Source: Eledone cirrhosa (lineage: Eukaryota). From it: 64,000 nucleotides of DNA. The translations under genes and the position numbers were made by a program. The notes under the pieces are model-generated. The model worked only from the letters and a program-made list of their open reading frames with translations. It ran no database searches and had not been told where the DNA came from. This document shows, one piece after another, positions 1 to 12,633 of this stretch. Every line of letters begins with the position of its first letter. The stretch's first letter is position 1. Location of the stretch: positions 133,114,001 to 133,178,000 of the forward strand of contig OZ024742.1 in NCBI GenBank assembly GCA_964016885.1, written 5' to 3'.

Positions 1-539
1 ACTATATATACATGGTTTGTCATAGAAAAAAAATTCTGCCAAACACATATTCACACACACACATTCTCTATTTTCGAAAATAAAACACCATAGCTAAATA
101 TATTTTAACATACGTTAATATTTTAACATCTTAACATGCTAGCCATAACCCCCCCCCCCCACACACACACACATTTACACACGCCTTCTCCATTTCTACT
201 AATGGAATACATTTTACTCCTATTATCAATACGATAAACCACTTTCCTACACACACACACGCGGATACAAATGGAAATATATATTTCTCTTTTCTACCCT
301 GCCACCACCATCACCGCCGCCACCACGTTCAACACAAATATTCATTTTATTTCAATAGAAAGTCTGATTTTAGACACTGTAGCACGAAATCAGCAATACC
401 CACTGAACCAGAACTATTTCTCCCCCTCCCTTGACCATTATTGTTTGTTTGGCTCACAACTTTCTATGACAAACCATCCTTCTCTGGCTTCTATGCTATA
501 TGCCCAATCATGTGACTGTGACCAACAAATAAAATGGCA

Positions 540-1000
540 AATAAAATGAGAACCTTTGAACACGAACTGGCGCGAAATTGTATGTACTTATTCATGTGAC
601 AGTCATTAACCAACCGAATTACACTTCAAATAAAACAAAAATTTGCGTCATATCTTTAAAGGCCAATACAATAAGAACTTTCGAACATGAATTGGCGCGA
701 AATTTATTGTACATATCCACGTGAGAGTCATCAACCAACTAAATTAAACCCCCCAGCAATTTAAACCACTCTTCCCGCATAAATAAGCAACCACTTTCAA
801 ACACGAACCAGATACGAGACAAAACACAACAGAAACACAGACGCCCATCTCAATTTTACATCTGAAAATCGTAAGAACTGTGAAACCGGCAAAGTAATTA
901 AATAAATATTCTTAAAATACTCCAGTTACATTTTCAATTTCTTTTCCCTAAACTTTCACCCGTGTGGGGCATCTCGTTATAAACAACAACTCATTTTCTT
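540..1000 (+). repeat. Degenerate ~125-bp tandem repeat followed by a possible PLE-like 3' end
   Basis: Units aacctttgaacacgaactggcgcgaaatt..catgtgacagtcattaaccaac (551) and aactttcgaacatgaattggcgcgaaatt..cacgtgagagtcatcaaccaac (676), with a partial third near 791. Followed by tctgaaaa..gtgaaaccggca (degenerate HHR-like) and aataaa before a microsatellite. Confidence 0.4.
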
Positions 1001-1019
1001 ATTTACACACACACACACA

Positions 1020-1060
<41 letters not shown>

Positions 1061-1065
<5 letters not shown>

Positions 1066-1252
1066 AGTAAGTAAGACCCCGACGGCTGAGCTCAAGCCGT
1101 TTCGACGGCTAATTCTGTACAGAATTAGCCGTCGAAACGGCTTGACGTCAGCCGTCGGGGTCTTACTTACTCCTATTACCCACTCTATTACCCTAAGTAT
1201 TGAGTACTTTGGTGCGTTATGGTCCACCTGGTTCCTTACCACTTTTCCCTCG

Positions 1253-1254
<2 letters not shown>
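1061..1254 (+). mobile_element. Family A fold-back element (58-bp arms plus tail) in (TA)n
   Basis: Near-perfect palindrome 1061-1176 centred on ctgtacag (1118/1119), unpaired tail 1177-1254, (TA)n on both sides. Homologous to 1973-2172, 10719-10820 and 27561-27757. Confidence 0.85.
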
Positions 1255-1317
<63 letters not shown>

Positions 1318-1972
1318 GGATTTTAGTAAATGGAGACTAAGTGTCTTTATAATTTAAACGAAAGACAATCAAGAAAATAGATGCTGGCAGGTGGAAAAAT
1401 AATAGTAATGTGGGCGCTAATATAATTCATGGAAACAAAAATCCTGGAAGTTGTAATTATTTAGAATTATGAATGTAGAGGAAACAGGAACTTTTTTTGA
1501 AACGTTATTTTCTTCGAAGGGAAAAAAAATGAGTGGAATATATACAAAATATATACAAATTAATACTACTTAAAGTAAATAACATGGTAAAGTACAATTT
1601 ATTGTTATTTTTATGAAGCAGGTAATGGCGAATCATCTTGCGCGGTTATTTTCTAGTGAATGCAGAGATACATAACCTGTATTAGTATTTAAAACGTGTA
1701 TCCTGCATGTATATATGTATATTCACTCACTACGTTATTAACAACCTGAATGGATATTCAGTACATGCACGTCCAGCGATATATATACGCATATTCATAA
1801 CTCTCTCGGCCTCTATTTCTCTTCGGTTATTATACACACATACGCACGTATTTAAATAAATACGCACATGCATGCACACACACACACACACAAACATACA
1901 TATATATATATGTATAAATATACATACAAATGCATATGTGTGTAAATATATATATATATATATATATATATA

Positions 1973-2170
1973 GCGAAGGAAAAGTGGTAAGGAACCAGGT
2001 GGACCATAACGCACCAAGGTACTCAATACTTAGGGTAATAGAGTGGGTAATAGGAGTAAGTAAGACCCCGACGGCTGAGCTCAAGCCGTTTTGACGGCTA
2101 ATTCTGTACTGGATAGTACAGAATTAGCCGTCGAAACGGCTTGAGCTCAGCCGTCGGGGTCTTACTTACT

Positions 2171-2174
<4 letters not shown>
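1973..2174 (-). mobile_element. Family A fold-back element, opposite orientation
   Basis: Reverse complement of 1061-1254 with few differences. Tail 1973-2049, palindrome about 2050-2174 with a short central loop (ggat), flanked by (TA)n. Confidence 0.85.
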
Positions 2175-2209
<35 letters not shown>

Positions 2210-3845
2210 GCTTACACACACATATGTATATATACATATGTGGGTGTGTCTTTGTGCGTTTTTGTGAAGGTATTTCTGAAGTATACAGATTTTGAAGTCG
2301 GATCCATTCCGCATTCTCGACATGATCATGTCTTCTCTGCAAGAAGTTCATTCGAATCTGACCAGCATGGCGTCACTTTTTGCTTTCCGTTTTTACACAG
2401 AGCAATATTCAATACATTCATTATCTGCTGAATTTATGTAGGAATATATATGCCTAAACTGCAATTACAATGAATTTCACCGAATTTTCACTCATGCACT
2501 CTTACACATAAGACTGGCAATTCAGGATTGTAACACCAGCAGGTCGGGGGTTACAAAAGTTCAATTATCAACAGAATGTTGGTGTATGTCCTTGTGTTAT
2601 CTTGTAATTAATGTATATATAATGTGCAACACCATAAACTCACACGCAAACATATATACCAGTACATAGGCAGAGATATCATTGGTATATATGTGAGATT
2701 CTGGTGCTATGAACTTTTCCTGGGTAGTACTTATCACATGCGAAACCTTTAAGGACTTGACGTGCTTAACTAACATGTTCCGCTTTCTGCTAATCTTCGC
2801 AGAGTGAGCCATCTGGCAGAGTAAGGTTTATTTGATTTGCTTCTTTTCACTATCACTAGAGTTGTGTTTCAGGCAAGAAGACGAATTGGTGAGATGATTA
2901 AGCTGATCTTAAACAAGTCATATTCCACATGTTCTAGTTGAGAGTCTATTGGTGTGCCCCGTCTTATCTCCTTGACAGCCATTGTTGGTCCTGCTCTACT
3001 GTCTACCAGATAGTTACGTCATCTATCTCCTCTTTTCACCTTCCAAAATCAGTTCTCGCTTTATCTTCCTTATGGTTTCTGGTAATCATTCTATTTTTAT
3101 TGCGCTTTATCCCTGCCTATTGGTCAGATTGTGTCCTATTATTTCTTTGAAAGTAAGCCTTTATGTGTTGCATCTACAGCCTCCTAGGTCTTTAATTTGA
3201 CGGGATCGACCTCATAACCTTCTATTCCAAGACCCCAAGCGCGTACAAGAGCCTTAGATTTCACAATTTGTGCTCCCGATGTTGAACATGATAGGTAGCT
3301 TCAGCTTGGTTTGACGATAGTTGTGTGCAACGAGACACGTCCTAGTGTATTTGTTGATTTTGGCCTCCAAATCTCTACTTTACTACTGGTTATATAGTAC
3401 ATCAGCAATTGACTGAGAAGCTTGGGTATTATTATGATCTGTAGACACGTTTCGTGTCTCCGGCTCAAAATGATGGACCTAACACAAATCGGGGTTTGGA
3501 AATTTTCAAAGAAGCCGGACGGATTTACATAAACATTTTTTTAGATTTTCCCTAAAATTAGTCTAAACCCTTTTACTGCGGGTATTTCATTACCTCACAA
3601 TGTGTTCATTTTCAAGGCACACCGCTACCAGTTAAATTCGATGTTTTTGGACATTCTAATGCCAGTTTAATTGGGAACTAACTATGTAGTTATTAAAAAG
3701 AGAAAAATGGAAATGAAATGCATTCAATATTTCACAGCTCCACCAGCCTTCCATATTCAGCCCACCCTTGTAAACTTTCACAACAGAAGCGTCGGGACGA
3801 AACACAGTAACATTAATTGGTGAAGACATATTATTGGTGCAAATA

Positions 3846-4050
3846 ATGATTCAAATGCTGCAGATGATGATGATCATGATGGTCATAATAATCATAATCA
3901 TGCTGATGATAAGCTAATATAGCGCTGCTTCTTAAGATGATGAGGGCGATGATGATGATGTTGGTCATGATGATGATGATAGTGTTGATGCTTGTGGTGG
4001 TGATGATGATGATGATGATGTTGAAGATGATAAAAATGATGTTGATTACA
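3846..4050. repeat. Degenerate (GAT)n/(ATG)n trinucleotide repeat
   Basis: Runs of gatgatgat with substitutions. Similar tracts at about 36740-37000 and 49040-49260. Confidence 0.85.
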
Positions 4051-5590
4051 TTGAGAAGAGAACTTTGATTTCGGATGGGAGGATGCCTCTTAATAGGTTG
4101 TTAACTTTAAGTGAGCTGATACTTTTCATAATAGCCTAGTGAATGCTTTAATGGAGGTCTCGTTCTGTACGTGTGTTGTAATCTCCGGTCATTATCTCAT
4201 ATTAACGTCGTTTCTTTGTAAAAGTGAGACGTTCATTTATGCAGTGAACCATTCATAATTTAAGGTCTTCTCATTCCTAAAATCTTTGCGAATCTTTAAA
4301 GAAGAAAAATAGAATTAAAGAAAGGAGTTTCCTCCAGACATTTCAAACAGATGATGTTAGCGTCAGTATGATACAGTGTTGATGTTAAAGTTCAAATGTT
4401 TCTGACATCGAAAAATGAAGATGATGTGAAATTGATATGCGGGAACTTAATATTTGTGTATTGTTTACTATTCTTGTTGAACTTCTCATAGATTTATTGT
4501 TGTTTCGACTTTACGTTTCTGTTTTCTTTTACTGCTATTTTCCCACCCCTGTATTTTGTTTGGTTTTGAAGAGGAATTAAATGAATTTGAAATCATACCA
4601 GCTGGAAGACAAGTGTTAGGACGGGAGGTCAAACTGTAATGTTGGCCGACTCGCAAAGTAGCCATCTATCTCATTTCAATCAATGTTTAATGAGAATCCG
4701 ATTGTATATAGTGTGATCTGCATTTAATGACTAGCAAGTGAAGTACAGTAAAAGGTGAAATCGTTATGTTATCGCTTCGGTGCCGTTATGACGGCCAACG
4801 CTTAGCGGAAACCTCATCAGTGAAATCGCAGTTTCGTTTCACCCTCCCTGAACCACCTTCCCATTCTCCATTCAAAATGTTTGCATTTTAGCTGCATCTG
4901 TCGTCTCCTTGATATTGGCCTCTTTATATGTTGATTTTATTGATATTGTTTTTGGCAACGAGGATGGTGGTGGTGGCGTTTAAGTGTGTGTTTTTTTCCA
5001 ATGTCCATGTTATGTTGCTGGTGCTTATATAAGTATGTATGCATACATGTATGAACGCTTGATGTATGTATGAATGTATGTATGTTTGTATATATGTATG
5101 CATTAATGCATGTATGTAAGTATGTATGCATGCATATATGTATGTATATATGTATGCATGTATGTATGATCTTCTGGTTCCATTATTTTATATATATTTC
5201 CAAGAGAGAGAGGGAAAGAGAGAGAGAGAGAGAGAGACTTTCATTGGAATTTAGACGATATCAACTTGATAAATATATATGTATATCTGCATGTGTGCGT
5301 GTGTGTGCGTGTGTGTTCATGAGTGTAAGTGCGTGTGTGCGTGTAGGTATAGATCTTATTGTATGAGTGGATCAGTATGTTTTGAGTTATGTGTGTACAC
5401 ATGCATATATAGTGTATCTATGCAGTTATCAGACGCAGAAATTTCGGAATGTTTTTCATATGTTTATGTATATATGAATGTATGCATTTAGGTATGCGAG
5501 TATCTAAGCATTATATATATATATATATATAATCCTTATCGAGCCCTCTTCGGACTCTGGTCATTGTATTTATTATTACCATATATATAT

Positions 5591-5625
<35 letters not shown>

Positions 5626-8335
5626 CAGACGACAAATCCATAACTACTGATATGTGTTGTATTTCAAGTTATGTGGGCTGAAAATGAACTATTCTGCCAG
5701 AATGGACACACTACAAACCCACTTGAAACGTAAAGATATAGAGTAGAAATGTATTTAGAAATGCTTTATAAATAATGACTACCAAACCTGTTGTAAGAAA
5801 TATAATTGCTCATAGTAATATGTCTAAAATATAGAACATTGAGTAAATATTACCCATTAATTTTAAATCCATGCAAGGATACCTATTTCTTGGCTGCAAT
5901 CCAAAATGTTTATGTAATGTACACACTTCCCTCTTCAATTATAACAACACTTTAAATAATATAAAGAATACATTTTGCAACACGTTAAATACACCAAATG
6001 CCGGATCTTCCCCTTTCATTAATCGTATTTCTGGGATGAGTATTCGAAAAGATACAAAACGTCAAAGCATTCCTTACAGCAAAGTGTGGTATTCCGCAGA
6101 CATGCTGGTACGGGAACGAATTGTACGTCCTATATTTCGGCCCAAAACTTAATATAGTAACAAATTACTATATTAAGTTATTCCTACTGCATTTCAGTCA
6201 ATATTAAAAATCCCGAATGAGATACTGAGCCTCATTTTTATACCCTTTCTAGTCCACTGCAATACAAATAATCAATATATAATATAGCTTGTTCTTTTAT
6301 ATTCTTCCTGGGTTGTATTTATGTTAGTATATTTTGTGAGGAATGGCTGATATCAACAGCATATAGAAAAAACATTTATGCCTTAACTATTATATATCAA
6401 TGATGCAGAATGTGTATGAGTGAATACACTCCATATTCTCTTGTTAATATCGAGGGGAATATTGTTTGTGTTATTGATAGCATTGAGTTATTTCCATGAT
6501 AGAAATAATTGTTATCGTGTTGTTCGTAGCGTCAAGGCATGGTTTTATTGATGCATGTTCTGTCAAGTCACAGAAACTCTCTATCGCATTCAGTTTCCCT
6601 CTTTACCATAATTTCTCAGTATGAATTACATGTCGTTTTGTAGAAGAAAACCAGCTAAGTTATATTCTCTTAATGCTGGTGTTGATCAACGTCACTTTGA
6701 TCAATGGTTTCTGCATATATCACATATAACAACTAGATAATTCTTCAGATTCTCTGTTATCCAAAGACTCTACTGGCGCCAAACTCATTTACTCAGACAG
6801 AATGATCAAAAGAAATAATTTTATAGTTATCCATTTGCACATAGCTAACATTTTAACCAGCTTATGCAAGGCCAATAGAAACAGTATAAATCAGTGATGT
6901 ATTACAATTAGATTGTTATAGCATAAAAAATGTTGCACGTGTATAATTAAAATCTCGGTCTATTTTGTACTTCGCAGTACGTCGAGCAAGTATCATTTGA
7001 GTTCGAACCAAGGAGGACTACACATTTTGTGTAATGCCACAAAATAATGATTAATAAAATAATAGTTTCGTATTCATTCATTTCAAATTGACATCCAGTT
7101 TAATAAAAACAGACAACTTTTCTGGTAAATACATATAATAGTGATTTTTCCGATTTTATAAAACATGACTATCATTATTAAAGAATGTAATTAAATTATG
7201 CAGTATATGTGGTGGAATCGATCTCTAATCATACCTTAACACAACAATGTTGGCTATACACTCTGTCAGTCAAGACGGAAGTAAATGTGTTTCAAAATTA
7301 ATATTGAATGTATTTATAATTTTAATTGTTAAATGTCTGTAACGTGATGAGCGAAGTTTTAGAATCAAAATAGAAATAGAAGCGTCGTCGTAAGCTTTAC
7401 TACAAGATATAATCTAATAATAGGGTGAATAATTCCACTGAGGGGAAACAGATGGGTAACAGCACGCGTGGGCGTGTGTGCTGTCACACATCTTTATCCG
7501 TTCAGTGGAGTTATATGACCCATTATTACACTATATTATGTTACGTTGACACTTATACTTCTATTTCAATGTTAAATGTCTGCATTGTGTGTATGTGTGT
7601 GTTTTTGTTTGCCTGTGTACCCCTATATGGATTATTGTATTGTATGCGTGTTTTCATTAAGTTGTCGGGTTTTGTAAAATATATATTAGTGTACCTGTGT
7701 GTATTTATCCGTATATCCTTAATAAAGCTGCAGTGTTTTGTTAAAGGTGTACGGGATATTTATGTGTATATTGTTTATAAAGCTCATTGTATTTAACCAT
7801 GTTCGTGTGCAGTGTGATGCATGTATAAACCTGAAACTGATTGACGGGTGTAATATAGTGATGTTTTCTGTTTCCGGATCTGTACTCTTCTATGCGGAGA
7901 GGATAAGTGATAGTTTGTGTAGGTATCATCTAAGATGCCAACATATGGTGTACCCTACACAATATCAGTACATATATTTTAAAGAATACATCTACATACA
8001 TGCTTCATCTGTTAATAAAAAAATAACATATACAAAAAATATCACGCGCAAAATATTAAAGTTACTTTGAACGAAAGAGGAAACTTACGTTGAAAAGAAG
8101 CAATCCCTATTAATTGAGTAATATTTCATTAGATCCAGATGCCAAGAGCAAGAAGTGCAATGTCTTTTTCGTCTATACAAATCAGCCAGATTCACTAATA
8201 CTCTAACGCGATGTTTAAGCAAATGAGCACAATCTATTTCCTTTAGTTTGAAATTTGAATTATATTTTTCTTTCATTTGATTGCTCATGTTTTTATTACT
8301 GCATTTATAATTTGCATTATATTATATTTATCAGC

Positions 8336-8510
8336 GGGTGGTGTATTGGCAGTGTCGGTAGAGGGTCGGATGTCATACTTTGCAGCAAAGAGTTACGGCC
8401 CTTTATGATCTGAGTTCAAATCCCGCCGAGGTTAACTTTGCCTTTCATCCTTAATTGACTCTCTCATCTCCCAAAATTGATGTCCTTGTGCCTATATAAG
8501 AAACCATTAT
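8336..8510 (+). mobile_element. tRNA-derived SINE (Meta-domain type), older copy
   Basis: ttggcagtgtcggtagag (A-box-like), gagttcaaatcc (B box), gcctttcatcc domain, 3' ccttgtgcc..agaaaccattat. Confidence 0.8.
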
Positions 8511-8960
8511 ATTATATTTATTGAAGAAATTCTAACGTACAACCATGACTACATTTGTATCATGGAACTCCTCCCTTATTACCCTGATAAAAGAGCAATC
8601 AGACTCTTTCACTGCACATTAATATAAATTAAGAATGCCGGAATTTCCATAATATCTTACCCATTCTCTTTTCACATATGTTGTACAGACCTTGAGACAG
8701 TAGTGTCATTAAATCATGCATGAGCGTTTAATATTTTGACAGTTTCAAGTTTTTCCTAGATCACCGCACCCTAACTTTACCAAATGCGAGTATCTTTCAT
8801 TCTTGTACTCAAGAAATCTTAGAACCAAATCAGCGTTGTATATTGAAGGTTAACATTAGCCCAATTTATGAAAATCCTGTTATTGCCGATTGAAGGGCGA
8901 ACACACTCGAAAACACACATATATATTATATGCATGTATATATATATTTATATATTATAC

Positions 8961-9033
<73 letters not shown>

Positions 9034-9037
9034 TATA

Positions 9038-10250
9038 TAATATATAATAAAGTAAGAAGAAATACTAGACATAAATAAATAACTATTTTTAGTCAAATTC
9101 CTGACAGTACAGTTTCGTGGCTACTGTGCAAAAATCCTGCATCATAGAGATGTAACATTTTTGTGAGGTAGGCCAACTTTACAAGGGAACACCTCAGGGA
9201 GGTGTTCCCTTACATCTCTATGATGTGGGACTTTTGCATAGTAGCCACGAAACTCTACAGTCGGGAATTTGAAGAAAAAATAGGTATTTATTTATGTCTA
9301 ATATTTCTTCTTACTTTATTATATATTACATAGCTCTGATATCGAGCCAATTTAATTATTCCGATTATCTTGTCTCTCATAATCATAGAGCAACACTGGT
9401 TAAGGTAGACAACACACAATCCACATACTTGTGAGAAATATATATGTGTATATATGCATGTATATGTATGTATACACATATATTTGTGTACCTCTCATTA
9501 TTGTCTATAGGGTGGTGGATTGGCAGTATCGGTAGAGGGTCGGACGCCATGCTTTCCAGCATAGCTACGTCCATTTACGATCTGAGTTCAAATCCCGCCG
9601 AGGTTGACTTTGTTTTTCATCCTTACGGGGTCGATAAAATAAAGTACCAGTAATGCATTGGATAATTGCTGGCCTTGTGCCTAACGTAGAAACAATTATT
9701 CTCTATAACTCCCTCACGGTAGAGTAACCACGGAAGTATAGTGACTGCTTTCAAGCAAATACTATATACACATCCACATCAAACTTACCACCCTTCTGTA
9801 GCCTCTGTATCATATCAATATCCTCTCCGCCTTCTCAGATATTGTTCACTGCTACAAGGGATTTAATCCCATATATGTATCATTATATCACGTGATTGTG
9901 TTTCCCTCCGCCTTTTTGAAATTCTCTCGCGCGATGCAGACCTGTTTGAAATTGTTCTTTCCCTGTGGAGTTCCCTTGAAAAGTTGGCCTTCTCACAAAA
10001 ATTGTACATCTCTATGATGTAGGACTTTTGCATAGCAGCCACGAAACTCTACAGTCGAGAATTTGAAGAAAAAATAGGTATTTATTTATGTCTAATATTT
10101 CTTCTTACTTTATTATATATTACATAGCTCTGATATCGAGGCAATTTAATTATTCCGATTATCTTGTCTCTCATAATCATAGAGCAACACTGGTTAAGGT
10201 CGACAACACACAATCTCACATACTTGTGAGAAACATATATTTGTTTACCT
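9038..10250 (+). mobile_element. Family B PLE-type insertion: inverted arm + pLTR + spacer + second direct pLTR
   Basis: 9038-9155 is inverted relative to 9211-9328, with a central mini-hairpin at 9183-9211. Unit 9211-9440 is repeated directly at about 10005-10235. HHR-like 3' half GAAAC-t(g/c)tac(a/t)-GTC is present in all three copies, but the 5' core is non-canonical (ctctatga). (TA)n flanks. Confidence 0.75.
9509..9699 (+). mobile_element. Full-length tRNA-derived Meta-domain SINE
   Basis: Complete family consensus. TSD attatt(g/c)tctata at 9497-9509 and 9695-9707. Confidence 0.9.
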
Positions 10251-10291
10251 CTTATCATTGTATATATATATCTATATATATATATATATAT

Positions 10292-10666
10292 ATATCATAT
10301 AAGAAACGGAGAATCAGTGGTGCGATAATCGTTTCTCTGGCGACCAGCTCGAGGCACGATCGATGTATTGATCAAACCTGTCTCTGAAATCACAAAACCT
10401 TCGGATATGTCTCGATATAATATAATGATTTTTGAAACTCTGCATCGTAGAATCGAGACATATCCGAGGATCTTGCGATTTCAGAGTCAAGTTTGATAAT
10501 TGCCTCGAGCTGGTCGCCAGAGAAACGATTGTAATATATCTAATAAATCATATTCGTCGCATCACTGATTCTCCCTTTCTTATGTGATATTATACTCTGC
10601 TCTGTAAGAGCATCAAATGCTAGAACAGCATACCTCTTACAGACGCTTTAAGCATCCCACACCAAT
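10292..10666 (+). mobile_element. Family C fold-back element plus tail in (TA)n
   Basis: Arms about 10292-10415 and 10451-10590 (ggagaatcagtg..gcga, cgtttctctggcgaccagctcgaggca and their complements). Tail 10591-10666 has its own hairpin tctgtaagag..ctcttacaga. HHR-like half GAAAC-gatt-GTA. Confidence 0.8.
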
Positions 10667-10679
10667 TATATATATATAT

Positions 10680-10718
<39 letters not shown>

Positions 10719-10722
<4 letters not shown>

Positions 10723-10817
10723 AAAATGTTCAGGACTCCCTGACCCTTTTCCTATTACCAACTCTACTACAAAAAGTATCGAGTAATCTGGTGCGTTATG
10801 GTCCACACGGTTCCTTC

Positions 10818-10820
<3 letters not shown>
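10719..10820 (+). mobile_element. Family A-related element with very short (~17-bp) arms
   Basis: ataggaaaatgttcagg-actc-cctgaccctttt-cctat hairpin, then tail taccaactctactac..atcgagtaatctggtgcgttatggtccac homologous to the family A tail. Confidence 0.75.
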
Positions 10821-10905
<85 letters not shown>

Positions 10906-10977
10906 AAACCGGTAAAGGAACGAAATAAATATATATATTTAAAAAAAAAAAAGACTTCAGTTGTATTTTCGATTTCA

Positions 10978-11039
<62 letters not shown>

Positions 11040-11527
11040 TTCATTTACCTGCTCCTTAGAAACCTCCAAAATCGACATAAAATGCAAATATACTTATACG
11101 CATCCAGAGTAGCCAATATAAATAATTTAATTTTTGAACATACAGGAATACTATATTTAGTTACCAAATAAAGTGTCCATTGTGTTTAGCTGCTTTAATA
11201 TTACTAAGCCATATGTAAACATATATTAAAAATAACTATTAAAATGTATAACACGTACTTATATTTTGATAAATTGTGAAAATACACAGTTGTTTATCTA
11301 GTATTACCTTGGGACTTCATGGGAAGAGAATTTTAAATATTGTTTTCCTAGTAAGTTGAAAATACTTACAAAACAAATCCCCTGTAGTCGTAGGAAAGGG
11401 AAGAGCCGATTACTCGATTATTGTTATTTTAGGAAAATACACTTAGGAGTGACTGTAAAATAGAAATATAGAAAATATGAACATCGTTAGAGTGTGGAAA
11501 CTATCTCTCTCTTTCTCTTTCCCTCTT

Positions 11528-11618
<91 letters not shown>

Positions 11619-11625
11619 CCTTTTA

Positions 11626-11669
<44 letters not shown>

Positions 11670-12519
11670 TAGATGACCTCCCTTTCATACTGACTATGTA
11701 TAATATATATAATGTGTAAATACCAATGGATTTATATACCACCCTGATATGGCAAAATGAGAACAACTGGTACATTATATATATTAATGTGCATTACTCT
11801 GGGACATAATAAAATTATATATTAAGCTGAGCACTAAGTAAACATAATATATTACAAATTCATATATACACAGAGATTACGGCTTTTTAACAGAAGGTCG
11901 GAAAAATGTTACGTGAACATATTTAAGCATGGAATTGAAAATATTAAGCGCCATATATAAAAATATATAGCAATATACATTGGGGTTCCTATATTCGACT
12001 CTTATATCTGTCCTTATTAGTCGAACTGCGACCAGCCCAGTTTATCTGGCAAAGTTAACTGTATCAGAAAATAGTGATCTTTTAACGTATAATCTTCAGG
12101 ACAATGCTTTTTTTCTGAATGATGCATCGAAGATTAACTGAAGCGTGCGATTAGCTATAGATATGCTCACAGCCCAGTGACAATTTTATACAGCAACACA
12201 CGTGAAACCGTTACCGGACATTATTTTTGAACTTTAGTATTCATATTCATCATATTGTTCTCTATTAATTACTCACACCAGCCTAAATTTGAGGAATTTA
12301 GTTTAAATCACTCTAATTTTTTGATTATATTCATTATTAATTAAAAATCACAAGCTGTATATTTCAATGATATATCTTTATAAATGGTAACACATGAAAC
12401 AACAACAATGAAAATAATGAAGTAAAATAAATGAAACAGTGAAAACATATGAGATAAAAGAGAAAACGACTGAGTGATGAGGATTGGAGTGACAATACCT
12501 TTACTAGTCATAGAAAATA

Positions 12520-12633
12520 ATTGTTTCTACTTTAGGCACAAGGCCAGCAAATACCCAGTGCATTACTGGTACTTTATTTTATCGACGCCGTAAGGATGAA
12601 AGGCAAAGTCAACATCGGCTGGATTTGAACTCA
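12520..12633 (-). mobile_element. 5'-truncated Meta-domain SINE with 17-bp TSD
   Basis: Reverse complement of the SINE 3' half. TSD agtcatagaaaataatt at 12506-12522 and 12633-12649. Confidence 0.9.

Noticed and set aside
551-740. CRISPR-like array, or functional E2F sites (tggcgcgaaa)
   Set aside because: Eukaryotic context, only 2-3 degenerate tandem units without unique spacers, and no evidence of a promoter.
1061-1254. Family A and the other hairpins as classical MITEs or miRNA precursors
   Set aside because: They are asymmetric (one-sided tail), arm length varies widely within a family, and related structures carry PLE coding remnants and HHR motifs.
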